Below are positions 13,405 to 25,327 of a stretch of 64,000 nt of DNA, piece after piece (position 1 is the first letter of the stretch; every line of letters begins with the position of its first letter). A program made the position numbers and the translations under genes. The notes under the pieces are model-generated. The model did not search any database, had not been told where the DNA came from, and worked only from the letters and a program-made list of their open reading frames with translations. The DNA comes from Lytechinus pictus (lineage: Eukaryota): positions 15,626,001 to 15,690,000 of the forward strand of contig NC_087252.1 in assembly GCF_037042905.1 (NCBI RefSeq), in the 5' to 3' direction.

Positions 13405-14789
13405 AACCTCTTTCCTCCTCTCTCCCTCTCTCCCATTATTGTACATCTCAGGGTATTGCACAACTGGCCTCCTCAGGAGGTTACCATGGTAACAAGATGT
13501 GGATGCTATCTGGAGGACATTGATTAATCTGTTAAAGTTGAAGCATGATTGATATCCATCGATTCTGATTTGATCAAACAGTGTTTTTGTAGTGCAGGGA
13601 AGGTATGGCAATAGAATGCAAAGATTCGCCATCCTCAAATCGACTTCCTGCCCTCGACTTCTCAAAGCAAAGACAAATATTTATTTCCGTACCATATTTC
13701 TTTATCTTTTGTATAGTAAAGGCATAAGTTCCATTCTGGTGCTGTTTTTGCAGTTGCTGCCGGGCCCATGATCAATTTGGCAAAATTTATTTTCAGAGTA
13801 AAATTAAATTTCAGACATCTGTTTCAAACAATAAAATATGGTTTTTGATTTTTTTTTTACTTTTAAAAATTTGAGCAGCAAGGTCCCACTTGACACCTGT
13901 GTCTGTGATATGTTATAAAAAGGAATCCCATAGAAAAAAAATCATGCCCCAAAATAATTGTTCATTGCTTCAAACAAGTTGAATTCAAAGTGACAGGAAT
14001 TCACATCTTAATTTCATCCCATATATTAATGTGTTATAACAATCTCCTGAGAGATTTAGTAAATGATCATCTTTCAGTCACAGATTTCTTGAAGGTGCCT
14101 CCATGAATTTTTTTTTTTTTTTTTTTGTTCCTGGGTGTTTTTTCATCCATATGAACAATATTAGATACATCAAGTTAGTATATTCTTTTAATTAGGATTT
14201 GCAGTGTTAACCTAGGCCTTTAAATCATTAGTTAACATTGCTTAGACGTTTAATAAATCATTTGCATATTTTAGATGAGGAGAACATGAATGATTTGTGA
14301 AAACTGGTAAACTGGTAACTTTTTAACTTCTAGAATATGTAAGGTTGATGGTTCCTGAGGTATTCCTGGGCGAATAAAAGAATTAAGTGAATGGGTTAAA
14401 AAAGTTCATTCTATTGTTTACCACTGTTTACTAAATATTTTCACCCTTAACTCTTTAGGTAAAAACCATTTCTCATCATCTTGTCTTTCAGGGAATAAAT
14501 GACTCAAACATATGCATCAAACCCCACTCTATTGCTCCCCACGAAATGACGAATATTCACTTTACCAGATGTCAAAATGAAAGACTAGGCAAATGAAGGG
14601 TGTATAGGACAGTCACTGCAAAAAGGGCATTAACCACCAAATTGTGGCAGTAACAATGTTTATAATGATGAACATGAGAACATGTCTATTTCCAAAGCAC
14701 CAGTGTTTGCTACCTTGTGATTTGTAAATTTGAATGAATTGAAACAAAGTTAGCAAATTACACAAGTTTTTTTGTTGTATGTGTTATTT

Positions 14790-14915
14790 CCAAAACACGG
14801 ACCGTTACTGTCCGGCAGTTACCATAGTAACAGTGTCTCTCAACCCCTCAAAAGAGTCAAGGAAAGTTTTCAGAATGGACAACTTGTCAGGATAAAATGT
14901 TGATGAAACGCTTCC
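14790..14915. mobile_element. Degraded inverted copy of the TCCGACAAG MITE
   Basis: CAGTTACCATAGTAACAGTG...GACAACTTGTCAGGATAAAATGTTGATGAAACGCTTCC matches the reverse complement of 62022-62130. Confidence 0.7.
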
Positions 14916-14985
14916 CTGAATGTCGATAACATTTGTTTTCTTCTTCTACGGCACATTGACAGTTCTGTTACTTTCCTCGTGCTAC

Positions 14986-15019
14986 CTCTGACCATGGACC
15001 TATAGGTCCATGCTCTGAC
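14986..15019. other. 20-bp perfect palindrome micro-insertion with 7-bp direct repeat
   Basis: CTCTGAC-CATGGACCTATAGGTCCATG-CTCTGAC. Confidence 0.88.
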
Positions 15020-15184
15020 AAAGCAACAACAAATACATTTAATGTAAAATTCAAACGCCACCATTTTGTATGATCTTCGCATCGAGTATAAAACATCTGA
15101 ATGTCAATATTTTCATTTTCTTCTTCAAAGGCATAGCACTTCTCACTGTTGTATTACTTTGCTCATCCTCATTCAAACCTACCT

Positions 15185-15450
15185 ACCATACAAATCCTAA
15201 GACAACTTAGGATTATTTTTGCGAAAATATGGCGCTATTTACGAATTATCCCGCTAATTCGCAGGTGTAGACCCACTCAAGATTCAACTCGGGATTATTT
15301 ATTCACGGCATCAGACCATAATGCATCGATGCCTCGCTTGAGCACGAATTGCTCCTCTTGCGCTGGTGGAGATGGGGTTTCTTGAATCTCAAGATTAATC
15401 GCGAAGAGGGCTGATCGGGCTAAAATCCGGCGCAGCACCGCCTAGACTCA
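15185..15450. mobile_element. Inverted, more degraded copy of the 37795 MITE
   Basis: CTCGGGATTATTTATTCAC...GATTAATCGCGAAGAGGGCTGATC matches 37840-37990 in reverse. Confidence 0.75.
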
Positions 15451-16166
15451 ACCAGCATTGATGTCACATGGAAGATAAGGCATTCATTGTGTATGTCTTT
15501 GTTAGGATCGCTAGTTCCCTTGTGAGATCAATGACCTTTGACCTACGATTACTGATGTCATTGGTGTCTTGAAGGCCATGTTCGAGTTCTCTCATCCCTT
15601 TGCACTTGAGTGTCATCAGGCTTTTGGTTGAAACTGAATATTCCCTGAGGCCCTGTGTACATGTAGCCACAGTACTTCTTTAAAGCAGTAACATTCAGTG
15701 TATTTTCTCAAGGGAATGCAAGCCAAGTGAAAAGTTGTTTTAAAAGAAGAGAGAAAACCACTTGCATTTCAATGCCTGATAATCTTCAGCAGTAATTTCT
15801 ATACTGATGCAAGAGTATATGTATGCAAGAGTTGTAGAAAATCTAGTACCCTTTCAAATGGCAACAAATAGTTCAATGTCATGGATGAAAACTTGTTTTT
15901 TGCTTTTTTTTTTATAGAATTGAGCTTACTTCTAAAGCCTTCATTCTGTTTTGAGTTCTCATTTCTTTGCTAATGTTCTATGCTAAATTAAAGGATCCTT
16001 CCCCAAATTTCCAGTTTTCTTAAATATATCAATTGGTACCTAGTATATAGGCCTATATGACAGTGGTGTATAAAGCCAACAATGTTGAGGGGGCCAGATG
16101 TGGAGGATGGAGCAAACAAGAAAATAAATGCAAGCGAGCGAAGAGAGTGATTCTTAAAAAAAAAAA

Positions 16167-16791
16167 AACCTTTTTTACAAAAAATCTATTCAATATTAAA
16201 AAATTATATATTTTACACTTCCCCTTTCCTTTTCTTTCTTTTTTCCTTTTTCATTTTTGGTCTTAAAACTTTATTTTTTATGGGGTGGGGAAGGGGCCAT
16301 TGTCCCCCAATGCCCCCTTAACTGTATGCCAGCCATATTTTGTGTCTGCCTTCCTTCCTGTTTATGAATTGATAGATCAAGCTTATTGATTTGGTCATCC
16401 TCAAGCTTTCAAGAGCTGGAAACCGTCAAATCATTGTCTATATTTGGTATCTTTCTCGAAAGTAATGTTTTGCTTCTGATGTTAACCTTTTTTACAAAAT
16501 CTATTCAATATTAAAAAAATTATATATTTTACACTTCCCCTTTCCTTTTCTTTCTTTTTTCCTTTTTCATTTTTGGTCTTAAAACTTTATTTTTTATGGG
16601 GTTGGGAAGGGGCCTTGTCCCCCAATGCCCCCTCATGTGTACGCCAGCCATATCTTGTGTATGCCTTCCTCTTTATAAATTGATAGATCAAGCTTATTGA
16701 TTTGGTCATCCTCAAGCTTTCAAGAGCTGGAAACCGTCAAAGCTTTGTCTATATTTGGTATCTTTCTCAAAAGTATTGTTTATCTTCTGAT
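16167..16791. repeat. Tandem direct duplication of ~315 bp
   Basis: Units start AACCTTTTTTACAAAA at 16167 and 16485 and are highly similar throughout. Confidence 0.93.
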
Positions 16792-19179
16792 CCCACTCTC
16801 CTATTCTTGCCAGTTTTCCTCTCGTGTCTTTCTCAAGTAATGACATTTCCTTATATCGCCATTAGCATCTTCGCAACCTCCTCTCCATACGGTCACTAAT
16901 GTACCTTGAAACGTACGAAACACAAGGCAAAGCTCCCCCTAAACTGTATCCGTCGAAAAACATCTCCTAACAATGGTTGTAGCAGGGATCAAAGATGCAT
17001 TCTCTAAATTGCATGCTTTGAAAGTTGATGAGTGTAGCAGTTTGCATGAGTCCTCTATCGTCTTTTTCCAGAAAGCTTTTTGTCCTGATTGAGTTAGGAT
17101 AATGTCACCTCGCCTTGACTCCACTCTTCCTTGTCTCTGTACTGTACTGTTTTTATGATTTATCTTCTCGTCCGTCCGTCAGTCCGTCTCCCCTTCCTCG
17201 ATCATCCTCTCTGTCTCTTTGTTTCATGATATCTCTTCCTCATCACCCTCTCTATCCTTTTGTCTTTAGCTGTCTCCCCATCGTGATCTGTTTCTACTGT
17301 ATTTTCATCTTTTTATCCTTTCTCTTTGATACATTCTCTTAGCTTTTGCCTATTTTTCTCCCAGATATATCTTCACCCTTTCCCTACTTTCCTCCCACTT
17401 TCCTCCTTTTCCTTATCCTGTCAGACGCAGCTACCGAGGGGGTACCCCACCCAGCATCCCCCCCCCCCCCCCGAAGAAGGTGGGGGGAATGTACTGATAC
17501 TGTAATATAAGCTCATTCTTTAGCAACGTCTTTCCTTTGTTTCATGTTTTGGTATTGAAAGTTTCAACATAATCTTGGTGCCTTTTAATGCTCTGCCTAA
17601 ATTTCTGAATTGCATATTATTAATAAATTTTAATATAAGTTCAAAGAATAAAACTTGATATCAGTATATGTCAGTAGCAACGTTTGATCAAATAATAATT
17701 CCTTGTACAGACAGTTTCTGTAACTAATGTAACGTTATGAAGTATGGGATATGTAATATAGTATTATGCTAGTAGGTCCATTGTTGCATTTATAGCCTAT
17801 AGATAAACATGGATGGTATGAACAGAACCAATATTGGTGTCCTGCTTTTTACTTTCACTGTTCTGCGAAAGATATCAACCCTATTAAAACAATATTAGTG
17901 TTTATTTATAATCGCATTTGTTCAAGGTCATTTATTACCATCTGTCGCATGATAAAAGCGTGTTGTTAATAAAAACCTCAAACACGTTATAATGAACTGT
18001 CTGGATGATCTACCTAACTTGACCGATTATTAATGGAAAGAATGGATGGTTAATAAACATTCACTTTAAGTTCTTCAGTGCCAAAAGCTTCTTATTTCCT
18101 GCGTTTCAGTCTCCATAATAATGTACAGACGAGTCATAATTTGGTAGGGATATTAATGAGAGGAAATCATTTGATACTGTAAACACATTTTCAGGGGAAA
18201 ATCATAATTAGGTCGTTACTTTGGAAACCTGATATTAAAATGAGACAAAGGTGATAAGCTTGGGTCGAAATTAACCTATAATGTAGGCGGAGGCTGCTAC
18301 TATATTAATGTATGTGATGTGTCTGATGTGACGAGACAACCAACAGTGGACGGTAACTGTTTCTGTCGGGTAGATTGTGAACAACCAAATCTTGAGCTAA
18401 ATGGGAAAGTGATGCAACGTTCCCGAATCAACAAAACACTTTTTTCTCAATATTTTTCTATTTTTCTCTGGTTATCACTTACTCTTCTTAATTGCTCAGC
18501 AAATTTATGTAACCATATTTTTTTCTTTTTTGGGAGATGAGCATGGAAACTTGATGTGTACTATACCATGTCATGCTTGCAGTGCTAAGTACTTTGTTGA
18601 TGAGTGCGAGTGTGTGGCATCACCTTACGTTGTTAGCGGCGCCAATGCGTAAACAAGTGAGCGTGTTTGAGCACATATCAATGACCTAACGAAGAAATGA
18701 TGACAAATTAGAGAGGGGAGAAATTTTCAGGGATGTGTTTTCAGTGATGTCCATATCGGCTGACTTTTTATATTTTGTTGAGATAGAAAACAATTGTAGA
18801 AGAATGCTGCTATTCCCTTGTGGTTTTTCAAATTAATTATATTATTTTCCCCAGGGGTTCGGCTCGCACCCCCCCCCCACCCCGATCATCCATTTTGATG
18901 CATACGCTTCTCCTGCTGGGGTACCTCCAGGCAAAGTGTAGGCCCTATGTCAAACCTTGATTATCTATCTTTTTTAAAGTTAGTTTTTGACTTCTGTTCC
19001 ATCTTAATCTTGTTGATTTTTCACTAGAAAGAGATATGGTTTTGGCCCTACCTCTCATTTCTTCCAAAGAACAACTTTTAATAATGGAACATGAAATTTA
19101 TTATGTAAAGAGTAGCCTTGTTTTCAGTTTTAACAATAGGATTTAAAGAACCTGACAGTAAAACAATACATTATCGGTT

Positions 19180-19449
19180 AAATGTAAAAGAGCTAAACTG
19201 GTCCCAAATCACTCCTATCTCAGAGTGCATTAGGGACCAGTCCTTTTGGAGTGGAATTTTCATCTTTCATGTCTTTTGAGAGTGGATTTCACTTCTTTTG
19301 GAGTAAAAATGTCTAAAGGGATACACATTTCACTCCAGAGGATCCATAATGCACTCTATAAGGATGTACAGTTCACTCCAGTGGGAGTGGTCCCTAGAAT
19401 CACTCCAAGGGGAGAGTGATCATGGACAAGATTAGCTCATTTGCATGTA
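19180..19449. mobile_element. Degraded MITE with CACTCC/GGAGTG repeats
   Basis: Imperfect TIR AAATGTAAAAGAGCTAAACTGGTCC / GGACAAGATTAGCTCATTTGCATGT. Confidence 0.6.
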
Positions 19450-20062
19450 AAACGTACCAGAATGCTGTGAAGACTCAAACTAAACAGGTTTAAATTCAGC
19501 AATGTTTCCCATTCCAACAATGTCCCAATAGGTTACAAGAACTGTCAATTTGACAAATTGGGTTGGCATAAAGGTTATTGAGATTGTAGCAGCTTGGGGC
19601 ATTTCCTATCATTTTCCTTTTCTCTCCTCCTTTTTTTGGATACTTTCAGCTTATGTCAGTAATAAGTGATGGATAATTTGTTTGCAATTATATTGTTGTG
19701 AATGATGTATTGTGTAATATTATGAGCATATGATTAGAAGGGAAATCCAAATCAAGAGATGAGATATTTGACACTTTGTTATGTCATGATAAGTGATTGA
19801 TAATTTACTTGTAATTGCATAGTTTTGACACATGATGTCATTGTGAGGATGTAATGAGAATAGAAATCCCAAATCAAAGATGAGATACATGTTTGGGTAG
19901 GTTTTTCGAGTCAAAACTCTGAAACTAAACAAGAATGACAATTGAATTGAAGCTCCTTTACCATTTGAGTTTCGACCAAACAAAATTATAGTATGGAAGC
20001 ATTTCAGCCGGCCATCAAGTCATTTTTTTTCTAAGTGAAGAGGTGGTTCAGCAGGAAAGCTT

Positions 20063-20582
20063 TTCATCAACATTCTTGTCCGACAAAATATCAATTCTGA
20101 CAACATTCCTTCATTTTCAGGTTCATCTTCTGCTTCCAGTGATAGTGCTACTTCAAGATGTTGAAAATAGACATGCTAGTTGTTGGTGTATGTGTGGGAC
20201 TTGTCACATACCCTCATTTCATAATGCAAGGTTCCACACTAACCTTTTTTCTTGGTGGCCCGATCGGTCGACCAAAATCATCAATTTCACATTCTTGGTG
20301 GCCCGCGAAGCAAATTTGGTGGCCCTAAAACAATAGAAAATATTATTTATCAAAACATTGGGAGCCTGACCGGACCACCAATTGTGGGCTTTTACAGAAT
20401 CTTGGTGGTCCTCTCATTTTTGGTTCCCCTGGGCCACCGGCCCACCGCTACTGTCAAGCCCTGCATTATAAAATTTCTGTTCTTATACAGTGATTTTGAT
20501 TGTCTGAGAAGCACATTTCCTCTAGATACTGTTGGATAAAACATCCTTTGTTGTCCTAAAAGTTCTTTCACTAAATGATCTC
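20063..20582. mobile_element. Old TCCGACAAG-family MITE split into two halves by ~375 bp of inserted DNA
   Basis: Left half TTTCATCAACATTCTTGTCCGACAA (20063-20116) and right half TTTTGATTGTCTGAGAAGCAC...CTTTCACTAAA (20491-20582) match the 62022 element. Confidence 0.55.
20227..20463. mobile_element. hAT-like MITE with GGTGGCCC subterminal repeats
   Basis: CAAGGTTCCACACTAAC ... GCTACTGTCAAGCCCTG imperfect termini; repeated TTGGTGGCCC; no clear TSD. Confidence 0.6.
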
Positions 20583-21290
20583 CTGGTCAATCCAGGTCTG
20601 TTTGGTTTTAAGGAGCTCTTAAAGATTTTGAAGAAGGAAAAAACGAAAATCCATTCATATGATATAGATTGCATTAATATGAAACGTTAATACTTAAGCC
20701 AGTCCATGAACAAAGGGATTGAATGAATCAGTCAAGTTGCATTGCGACCCGAGGCTGATTGTTGGATTTAAATCTATGCTCCTCCTTTCATCACATAAAT
20801 TCATCTCTTTCAAAATGAGAATGAAAGAAAAGAAACTCATCTGAAGAAATCATAGGGCTTTTCCATTTTTCTTTGGGGCATGTATGAGACATCCTCCAAA
20901 TTAAAAAGTCCCTCCCCCCAATATGACTTTCCTGTTTTCACCCTCCAGGCGAAGCTCCCTCCCAATCCGAAATAAATTAATCCTTTGTTTTCTACTGATG
21001 GCAAGTCCTATTCAATCATTTCTATCACACATAATCTCACATTGTCACACTTCCACCAAATTAATTAACCCTTGGCTTGCTAATATTGCAATTTTGCACA
21101 TTCGAACAATTAAATTCAATGATGGTAATGATTAGTTTTCTTCCTTAGCATAGGTATGAGAAGCTAATTAATGGCTACAATTCTTGGGTAACATCTAAGC
21201 GATAATTGTCAATATCGATGTTGCAATACGGAAAACTATATATTCAAATAAACTATTATACATACCAACATTAAATCCGCATGCAACGAG

Positions 21291-21445
21291 TTAAAGCGGA
21301 AATTCACCCTTACAAAATGTTCATTGTAAAAATAGCAGAAGAAACAATTCAAAAGTATTGGTGAAGGTTTCAGGAAAACCCTTCAAAGATAAAAAAATAT
21401 TAGAAGTTTATATAATTTTTTAAGGGGATTTATGACGTTATATGC
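21291..21445. mobile_element. Left-end fragment of the GTTCACCCTGA Kolobok-like family
   Basis: TTAA-AGCGGAAATTCACCCTTAC...TATTGGTGAAGGTTT resembles 1194-1300. Confidence 0.55.
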
Positions 21446-21876
21446 ACATTCTGTGTTTGCATGCTCAAAGTTCAATGACTCTTTTAACTCATTGGCTACT
21501 GGATCCTAATTCCCATAGGCGTTTGCATAGTAACCTATCTGATTCCAGTAGGTAATGGGTTAAGATTCATATCAAAATGGAAGTATTGTGAAAGTATGTT
21601 TAGTCTCAATATCATTTTTATTAATTGGGTCGTCGTTTTGGTCCAGACTAGTGAATAAACAAGTCCTTAGGTCAGAAATATGACTCATATTTAGAAAGAT
21701 ACCACAGAGAATGCGACAAAAAATATTATCCTGATGTAGCCACAACTGATGTGTCTGGAGTGGTTTTGATAAAGATAAGAATACCACTTTGGCGTTGATG
21801 ACTGATGACCAAGAAGTCAGAGGACAATTGAATTTAGATAATCGTTGATATTCCAACCCAAGTACTGTGTCATCTG

Positions 21877-22146
21877 TAGCCTGTCTTACAAAGAGTTGCG
21901 ATTGATCCGATCAATCGCAACTATGGAAAGCCAGCAAAGTCAATATACAAAATACATGTTTGTTCAAAAAAAATTCTAGACATGAATGTATATCCATAAA
22001 TTCATTAATTTCTTGACAATTTGGTGTATTCTCCTTTGTTAACGAAGGACATTTTGCAAATTTCCTGTAGAAAAATTATGACACTGATGGATTTCCATAG
22101 AGTCATGATTGATTGGATCAATCGCAACTCTTTGTAAGACGGGGCT
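21877..22146. mobile_element. 270-bp PIF/Harbinger-like MITE
   Basis: TIR GTCTTACAAAGAGTTGCGATTGATCC / GGATCAATCGCAACTCTTTGTAAGAC; CTG on both flanks. Confidence 0.88.
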
Positions 22147-22487
22147 CTGGTAACCTGAACTAAAGAGCCGCCATATAACTTTTATTATCTGTCCCCTTTG
22201 ATAACCTCTGTTTGATATGAAGTTATCAAGAAATTTATGAGTTTTCAAGAAAAGTACAAATTTATCCTAAAATAGTAGATTTGTAACTGTCTCCTCTCAT
22301 GTAGACCTATATCACTTTAAATTTCAACCTGCTTTGAACCAGTATAGGTTCATGGACGTGGTTTTGCTTGTTACATGTTGATTGTTTGACTTTGTTCATG
22401 ATTTGTACACTCCTTTTCTTGAAATAAAGAAATGGTTACAATAAAAATACATTGTATTTGGATCTGTAATAGCAATTTACAAATTTA

Positions 22488-22715
22488 CACTGAAAAAAAT
22501 AGGTGTTAAACCTGATGTCTGTTGGTGTCCCTAGAGGACCACATTATGAGGTGTTGAAAATTACACCCTAGAGTTTGAAGGTAACACCAAATAGTGTTAA
22601 AATATCAACTGAAGATGTAATAAAATCCATGGGTGTTGAATTAACACCACAAATTAAGCACCTGAGTAAAATGAATAGTGTGGTCCTCAGTGCACACAGT
22701 CTGACACTAGAGTTC
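22488..22715. mobile_element. ACACC/GGTGT-repeat MITE, inverted degraded copy
   Basis: CACTGAAAAAAATAGGTGTTAAA...CCCTAGAGGACCACA matches the 37544 copy in reverse. Confidence 0.7.
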
Positions 22716-23505
22716 TCGTGTATTATTATTCTGAAAATAAACACCAATACTTTGCTTTACTTTCAAAGAAATAACTTCTAAAATGTTATATGGGAAATTA
22801 ATTGCCCCTCTCTGATGATGCTCACCTTCAGAGAGAATTCTTCAACCAACATAATTTATTTTTGTCTTATAAACTGTATTGAACTCTGAATTAAATAGAA
22901 AACATAAGTAAGTCAACTGCATTAACTGTTATTACCACATGTTGTTGCTGGTTGTTTTTTGTTCCATTGAAGTATCAATTTTTCCATGAAGTCATAGTTG
23001 AGTATCTGTAGCAACTGGACTTTAAGATGTTTTGTTTTGTTTAAAATGATGCAATTTCCATCTCCATTTTTAGGAAAATTTTCATCATCATATCATGTTT
23101 CTGAAAAAGCTTTTCTTGAATTAACTTTTGTTCTTGTTCTTTCTCTTTTCATGTACTGTTCAACATCAAATTTGCATCTCCTTCGTAATCGTCCTTATAG
23201 GTAAGTAAAATGAATGGTGCTTATACCCCATTTGTTCTTGTTTATACAATTTGTGAATGAGAGAGAGTTTGCTTTACTTTAAAATCTGAGCTCTGCTAAC
23301 TTGGCATTTGGTATCGTTATCTGAATGAAATATGATATTGAAAAAAATACCTATACTAGCCTATCCATTGTTGTGAAATGTAGTCGATGGGCTGTTAAAC
23401 CTTGTATTTCAAGATGTTAAAAATAACCTCCATTTTTGCTACCCATCTTCCTAATATCCAGACTTAATATTCAGTATCTGTACTTCGGGTGCAAATACAT
23501 GCAAT

Positions 23506-23547
23506 GTTTATACATGGAGCTATAAAACACTAGCTCCATGTTTTATA
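23506..23547. other. 28-bp hairpin micro-insertion with 6/7-bp direct repeat
   Basis: GTTTATA-CATGGAGCTATAAAACACTAGCTCCATG-TTTTATA. Confidence 0.75.
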
Positions 23548-23638
23548 TGAATGTCTAAAGTGTGATATATCTTAGGAAACTATTCTTCACTGCAAAGTGT
23601 GAGATAAGCTATAAATGAGTGATTTCATCAGAGTAAAT

Positions 23639-23770
23639 CTAACGTGGTTCATCATAATCGCTAAAGGTTATTCATTTGTCTCGCAATCTACTATGGTCAA
23701 CAAGGAAATTCGTGAGACAAATGAATACCCTCTAGCGATTATTTCAGTCCGTAATAATGAACCTATTTAG
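23639..23770. repeat. Inverted repeat / palindromic element remnant
   Basis: ATAATCGCTAAAGGTTATTCATTTGTCTCGC pairs with GTGAGACAAATGAATACCCTCTAGCGATTAT. Confidence 0.7.
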
Positions 23771-24896
23771 TATGGTTCATCATGTCTGTCATATATGACG
23801 TTCCCGATGGTCCACGATAACTTGCAAATTATGCAGAAAATTGTTAATCCTTATGTTTTTTTTGTTCTTATTTTTGTTAAGACATGATAGCTAAACAAAG
23901 ATTTTTTAAAAATTCAACATTTTTTATTAAATTTGATTCAAAAGGAAGGTGTGTTCTCAGATGATGCACAAGGACCCTTACTTCCGACTAGACTACGATA
24001 CCAGCCCCCCGTAGGATTGAAAAAAAGAAAAAAAAAGACAAATTGACCTTAAAAAATAAAAAAAGATAGACGAATTGATCTTAATATAGGTGATAGCCCC
24101 CCCCCCCCCCAGGATTTTTTTGAAAAGTAAAAACTTATTTTTTTTTTGCTTGTCAAATCTCCAACGGGTTAAATTTGCCAGCCCTTTTTTCAAAATCCTG
24201 GATCCTGTAGCACCCCGTAAAATATCAACTTTGGAACAGCGCCTGATATCTGTGACATGGGTTTCTTTGTAGTGTCAAGTCCAAAGCCTAATTTGATTTA
24301 AGCATGTCACCGCTTCCTTTCCACATTCCTCAAAAGTGGGTGTTTTCCTCCAATTCCATTCCCCACAAACCCCCCTTTATTGACACGACACCAAAAGTGT
24401 TGTTGTAACTTTTTTTCCCTGTACATCCCGGAGTAGACATCTATTTTGACAAGTTCTCTGATGAAAACAAATACTTTGGCTGGATAAATAAGAATTTCTT
24501 TGAAAAACGGCGAATTAGGTATTCTTTTTAGCATGTTCAATTTAAGTACAACCATTCTTCCAATTATGATTTCATTTCTGTAATCGTGAGACGAAATGTA
24601 TTAGTTAGCTTGTCTGTGGTAGAACCATAACAGACAAATCTTTGTTTTTGACTTGCTGGGAAAAGTCTTGTAGTGCTGAGTTAGTTACAGGGAATAATTT
24701 TCCTGGTATCGCATTGCAATTTGCTCCACATTTTTGAAAGACTGCTACGCATAAAGTCTTTTGTATAGCATATTTTTACATTGGACTGTACAATACTTAG
24801 TTGAGAGCTTTTCTCTTATGACGAAAAATGCTATTCAAATTTGTAAAGCAATATTATTCCCTGCGTTAAGAACCCGTTATGGGCTCAAATAGCACA

Positions 24897-25036
24897 AGGT
24901 TCCCTATCATAAAGACTTGTTATAATGACAATTGCACAATTTCTACAACAAATGTACTATCAGCCAATCAGATTGAATGATTTCAGTAGCTTTAAACTGT
25001 TTGCTATTATACCTAGTTTTATGAACCCAGGGGCCC
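24897..25036. mobile_element. Degraded short MITE
   Basis: Weak TIR ATCATAAAGACTTG / CTAGTTTTATGA, a GGGGCCCCTG end and an internal AGCCAATCAGA motif. Confidence 0.4.
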
Positions 25037-25089
25037 CTGATTAATGGTACACATGGAAAGCTTATTTTGAGCATCTGTCCTTTGCCATA

Positions 25090-25327
25090 CTCCCCCACCC
25101 CCCCCCCTTTCAGTCACTTGATCGTCCTCTCACTCTCTCCTGCTTCTTCTCCTCTTTCCTCCACTTTCTTTTTCTCTCCCCTTCTCTCCCCCTATTTCCC
25201 CCTCTCACCCTCTCTTTCCCCTCTATCTCTTCCCCTTCTCACCCCCTCTCACCCCATCTCGCACACCCCCTCTCTCTCTCTCTCTTCCCCCTCTAAACCC
25301 CTCTCACCCTCCCCTCTCTTCTTCTCA
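25090..25327. repeat. CT-rich polypyrimidine low-complexity tract
   Basis: Directly visible. Confidence 0.8.

Noticed and set aside
12699..13523. 122-146 aa Pro/Ser/Leu-rich ORFs
   Set aside because: Translations of a pyrimidine-rich 120-bp tandem repeat.
17422..18912. Possible long DNA-transposon remnant bounded by G/C-run ends
   Set aside because: No convincing TIR pair, TSD or transposase frame could be seen.
20121..20190. Exon-like stretch after TCATTTTCAG
   Set aside because: The acceptor lies at the junction of a split MITE, the donor is weak and nothing else supports it.
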